Assembly: GCA_015485125.1 (NCBI GenBank)
Contig: WFUE01000130.1
Span: 1-51,768 of the forward strand
From: Lysobacterales bacterium
GTDB taxonomy: Bacteria; Pseudomonadota; Gammaproteobacteria; Xanthomonadales; S139-57
DNA: 51,768 nt
Direction: 5' to 3'
Under the pieces are notes generated by a model, which made no database searches, had not been told where the DNA came from, and saw only the letters and a list, made by a program, of their open reading frames with translations. The position numbers were made by a program, and so were the translations under genes. Positions 49,447 through 51,768 of the stretch are shown here, piece after piece (position 1 is the first letter of the stretch; each line of letters begins with the position of its first letter).

Positions 49447-50876
49447 TCAGCCACCTCCCGTTCCTGTTCATCGATCCGGAACAAGACCCGCCAGTTGAGA
49501 TCCAGCATCACCAGTTGTTCCGGGTCAAACCGGGTCCGACGCTTTTTCAGAAACAGGTATAACAGGATGTTGCCCAGCTGCTCGGCTTCCGGGTGACCGT
49601 TTTGTTCCAGCGCCGTCACCGTCTGACGCAGGCGGCTCCATTGCCGGCCGTTACCCCATTGGTATTCGAAGGTGCGGTCTTTCCTGACGCAGAAGGCGAG
49701 AACCCCACTCAAGGTTTCCGCCAGGATTTCCTGTACGGTGGTGGTGAATGCTTCTGGAGAAACGGCCATCAACAAATTGCGAACCAGAATGAAGCGTTCC
49801 TCCTCGCTGGTTTTTTCCCAGGCATCACTGAACAACTGCGAGCGTTGCAAACGGGTAATCTGTGGCTCACGCAAGGCCAGCGCCAGCCGGCAGACCGGAT
49901 CTTTCTCCCTGCGCAGCTTCTGCCAGAAGTCCATCTGTGGATTACCGGCACATTGCACCGCTTCCTGATGAGCGGCCAACAAGCCATGCGCGGGTATTTC
50001 CTGCCCCTGCGCCGGATGAGGCAAGCTCCATCGCAATGTTTGCAGCGCCAGGCTTTCCAATGGTTGTTCCTGACCAAGAACCCGGCTGGCAACCGTCAGC
50101 GACTCCAGGTTTCGCAGCAACAGCACCAGACGACGGCCACTCAGGTAAATACCGGCCTCGGCCAGGGGCCCTACCAGTGATTGTGCCCAGCGCTGCATCC
50201 AGAGTCGATCGGCTGCCGGCAACTGCGCCGACTCTGCACGGGCTTGCCTGATCATCGGCTCCAGCCGGTGATCCGTCCGTATCGGCGCGTCACCATGCAG
50301 CAGCATGCGTTCGCATTCTTCTTCAGGGAAGCTGGTGAAATCCGGAATGGAGACAATCCAGGCAAACCGGTCTGCCAGCGGAGCTTCCAGCGGCAGCGAG
50401 CCTGCATAGTGATCTGCCTCGTCACCCCATTGCACCGGTGGATTCATGGCCGACCAGCAATAGCGCAGCTTTTCCAGTTTTACTCCCAGCACGCGCCTTT
50501 CGTGAATCATGGAAAACAGCTTGTTCTGGGTTTCGGGCCGGCAACGGGAAATCTCGTCAAAAAATACCGATTCAGCCGCCCAGATGCTGGCCGGTGTCTG
50601 CAGGTATTGCAACTGTTCACCGGCCGCATCCGGTACAGGAAAACCCAGCAGATCATCGAAACTGATCAAGCTGGCATTGTAGTGTCTGTGTTCCAGCCCC
50701 AGAGCCTCGGAAAGCCGGTTGAGCAAGGCCGACTTGGCCGTGCCATGCCTGCCGATGAGCAGTAACGGACGCGCATCGGCCAGTGCGGCCAGCACCATCG
50801 CGTCCAGTTCGTCCAGACCGTAGATATGAAGTTGACGCAACAGCCGCGCCGGTTTGGTGGATGCCTGATTGGACAT
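49443..50876 (-). CDS. MoxR-type AAA+ ATPase with a ~280-aa helical C-terminal extension
   Basis: Walker A GRHGTAKS, Walker B VFFDEISR, sensor-1-like SAMNP, and LADRF. The start at ATG 50876 has GGAAGGAGG 5 nt upstream. Confidence 0.8.
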   Translation of the reverse strand: MSNQASTKPARLLRQLHIYGLDELDAMVLAALADARPLLLIGRHGTAKSALLNRLSEALGLEHRHYNASLISFDDLLGFPVPDAAGEQLQYLQTPASIWAAESVFFDEISRCRPETQNKLFSMIHERRVLGVKLEKLRYCWSAMNPPVQWGDEADHYAGSLPLEAPLADRFAWIVSIPDFTSFPEEECERMLLHGDAPIRTDHRLEPMIRQARAESAQLPAADRLWMQRWAQSLVGPLAEAGIYLSGRRLVLLLRNLESLTVASRVLGQEQPLESLALQTLRWSLPHPAQGQEIPAHGLLAAHQEAVQCAGNPQMDFWQKLRREKDPVCRLALALREPQITRLQRSQLFSDAWEKTSEEERFILVRNLLMAVSPEAFTTTVQEILAETLSGVLAFCVRKDRTFEYQWGNGRQWSRLRQTVTALEQNGHPEAEQLGNILLYLFLKKRRTRFDPEQLVMLDLNWRVLFRIDEQEREVAE

Positions 50877-50940
50877 GACGACCTCCTTCCCCGCCCAGAC
50901 CCATCGCTGGTCAGACCCGGGGGAAGCAGGCTCTGCCAAC

Positions 50941-51000
50941 GCTTTAGCTGCATTTGTGAATCGCCCGCAAGTTGTTGCTTAAATCGGCGATGTTTTCCGT
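50941..51000. repeat. Direct repeat unit R1 (~60 nt), proximal to the MoxR operon start
   Basis: gctttagctgcatttgt..cgcccgcaag.tg...c.t.aaatcggcg......gta is shared with 51051-51110. The first 17 nt are identical, and by eye about three quarters of positions match overall. Confidence 0.7.
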
Positions 51001-51012
51001 ACACCGGAAATG

Positions 51013-51047
51013 AAAAAACCCGCTCGGCCACAGCCAACGCGGGTTCT
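51013..51047 (-). terminator. Weak terminator-like hairpin between repeat units R2 and R1
   Basis: The minus strand reads AACCCGC-(15-nt loop)-GCGGGTT followed by TTTTCATTT. The stem is only 7 bp and the loop is large. Confidence 0.35.
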
Positions 51048-51050
51048 TCC

Positions 51051-51110
51051 GCTTTAGCTGCATTTGTTACGCGCCCGCAAGCTGAGCATCAAATCGGCGC
51101 ATCTTCAGTA
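51051..51110. repeat. Direct repeat unit R2 (~60 nt)
   Basis: The second copy of the repeat at 50941-51000, in the same orientation, with a 110-nt period. Confidence 0.7.
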
Positions 51111-51269
51111 TCCACAAGATCAGAATTTTGTCAAATCCCGTTTATCCCCGTACGGATGCGCAAACAGACAGGCACAGCGTTTTTCGCCCCCCTCACAGGA
51201 GCATGGCCATTTTTTGCACAGCACAGGCTTGCTACAATAGCCGGTTCATTGTTTGAAGCAGGCGCGCCC

Positions 51270-51768
51270 ATGCCCCAGTCACAGCAACAGTTCGATGTCA
51301 TCGTGGTCGGTGGCGGTCATGCCGGTACCGAGGCGGCACTGGCGGCCGCGCGCATGGGTTGCCGTACCCTGCTTCTGACCCACAACATCGACACCATCGG
51401 CCAGATGAGTTGCAACCCGGCCATCGGTGGCATCGGCAAGGGGCATCTGGTCAAGGAGGTGGACGCGCTGGGCGGGGCCATGGCGCGAGCGGCGGATCTG
51501 GGCGGCATCCAGTTTCGCATCCTCAACCGGCGCAAGGGCCCGGCGGTACGGGCCACCCGCGCCCAGGCCGACCGGGCCCGCTACAAGGCGGCTATTCGTG
51601 CCATGGTGGAAAACCAGCCGGGGCTGCACCTGTTCCAGCAGGGCGTGGAAGACCTGCTGGTGGAAGGGGAGCGGGTCACCGGCGTGCGCACCAGCATGGG
51701 GCTGGATTTTTACGGCCCGGCGGTGGTGCTGACCGTGGGCACTTTTCTTGGCGGGCGCATCCACATTG
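51270..51768 (+). CDS. mnmG: tRNA uridine 5-carboxymethylaminomethyl modification enzyme MnmG (GidA), 5' part; continues beyond the window
   Basis: Manual translation from ATG 51270 gives [69 protein letters not shown]. This ORF is absent from the track because no stop codon falls in the window. Confidence 0.9.
   Translation, partial: MPQSQQQFDVIVVGGGHAGTEAALAAARMGCRTLLLTHNIDTIGQMSCNPAIGGIGKGHLVKEVDALGGAMARAADLGGIQFRILNRRKGPAVRATRAQADRARYKAAIRAMVENQPGLHLFQQGVEDLLVEGERVTGVRTSMGLDFYGPAVVLTVGTFLGGRIHI

Noticed and set aside
46398-50939. The MoxR/VWA/MetK-like operon considered as a horizontally acquired genomic island.
   Set aside because: There is no integrase, tRNA or transposase, and no flanking direct repeat at the parE side. 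By eye there is no shift in GC content or codon style (not computed). Insertion between parE and mnmG remains possible but is unsupported by this window alone.
50877-51269. A possible chromosomal origin (oriC) next to mnmG/gidA. DnaA-box-like gTATCCACA lies at 51108-51116, TTATCCCCG at 51142-51150, and a GATC at 51118-51121.
   Set aside because: Only one near-consensus box and one degenerate box are present, with a single GATC and no AT-rich 13-mer unwinding element. That is insufficient for an origin. It could still be a DnaA-regulated promoter, which a whole-genome GC-skew plot would settle.

Overview
This is a GC-rich (by eye, not computed) chromosomal window that looks gammaproteobacterial and belongs to a sulfur oxidizer. 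All calls come from reading the supplied translations and the DNA, with motifs recognised from memory. No BLAST or HMM search was run.

The centrepiece is a complete oxidative-type dsr cluster on the minus strand, dsrABEFHCMKLJOPNR (27994 down to 15411). A strong intrinsic terminator lies between dsrP and dsrN. Downstream of it, dsrN-dsrR continue without a break into an accessory gene string:
- a soluble GAF histidine kinase
- a NarL-type response regulator
- a TauD/TfdA-like dioxygenase
- a 67-aa protein
- a solo Cas6/Cmx6-like RAMP protein
- a small protein, followed by a bidirectional terminator at about 11207-11236

The second candidate novel system is a tightly overlapping four-gene minus-strand operon (50876 down to 46398) wedged between parE and mnmG. 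It encodes a MoxR-type AAA+ ATPase, an orphan 188-aa protein, an HExxH plus VWA (DUF2201-like) protein, and a divergent MetK-like (SAM-synthetase fold) protein that keeps the catalytic motifs. A duplicated ~60-nt direct repeat bracketing a small hairpin precedes it.

The rest is housekeeping:
- UDG-family protein, SPFH/RHH triad, OsmC, metZ-like, MBL hydrolase, ggt, yfhL-type ferredoxin and coaD
- Lrp/ald divergon, pdxH, a YjbQ-like protein and a PKHD hydroxylase
- SLC13 permease, a DUF945-like protein plus a cytochrome c'-like protein, and sppA
- ABC-2 exporter, an FNR-like reductase, and a lysC-lysA fusion coupled to hemX and hemY
- waaA, lpxL and parE, plus the 5' end of mnmG

A MITE-like element with 14-nt terminal inverted repeats sits at 32261-32469, and a partial homologous copy lies at 111-234. 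I saw no tRNA, rRNA, CRISPR array, transposase or integrase. The many long antisense ORFs in the track are treated as GC-driven artefacts.
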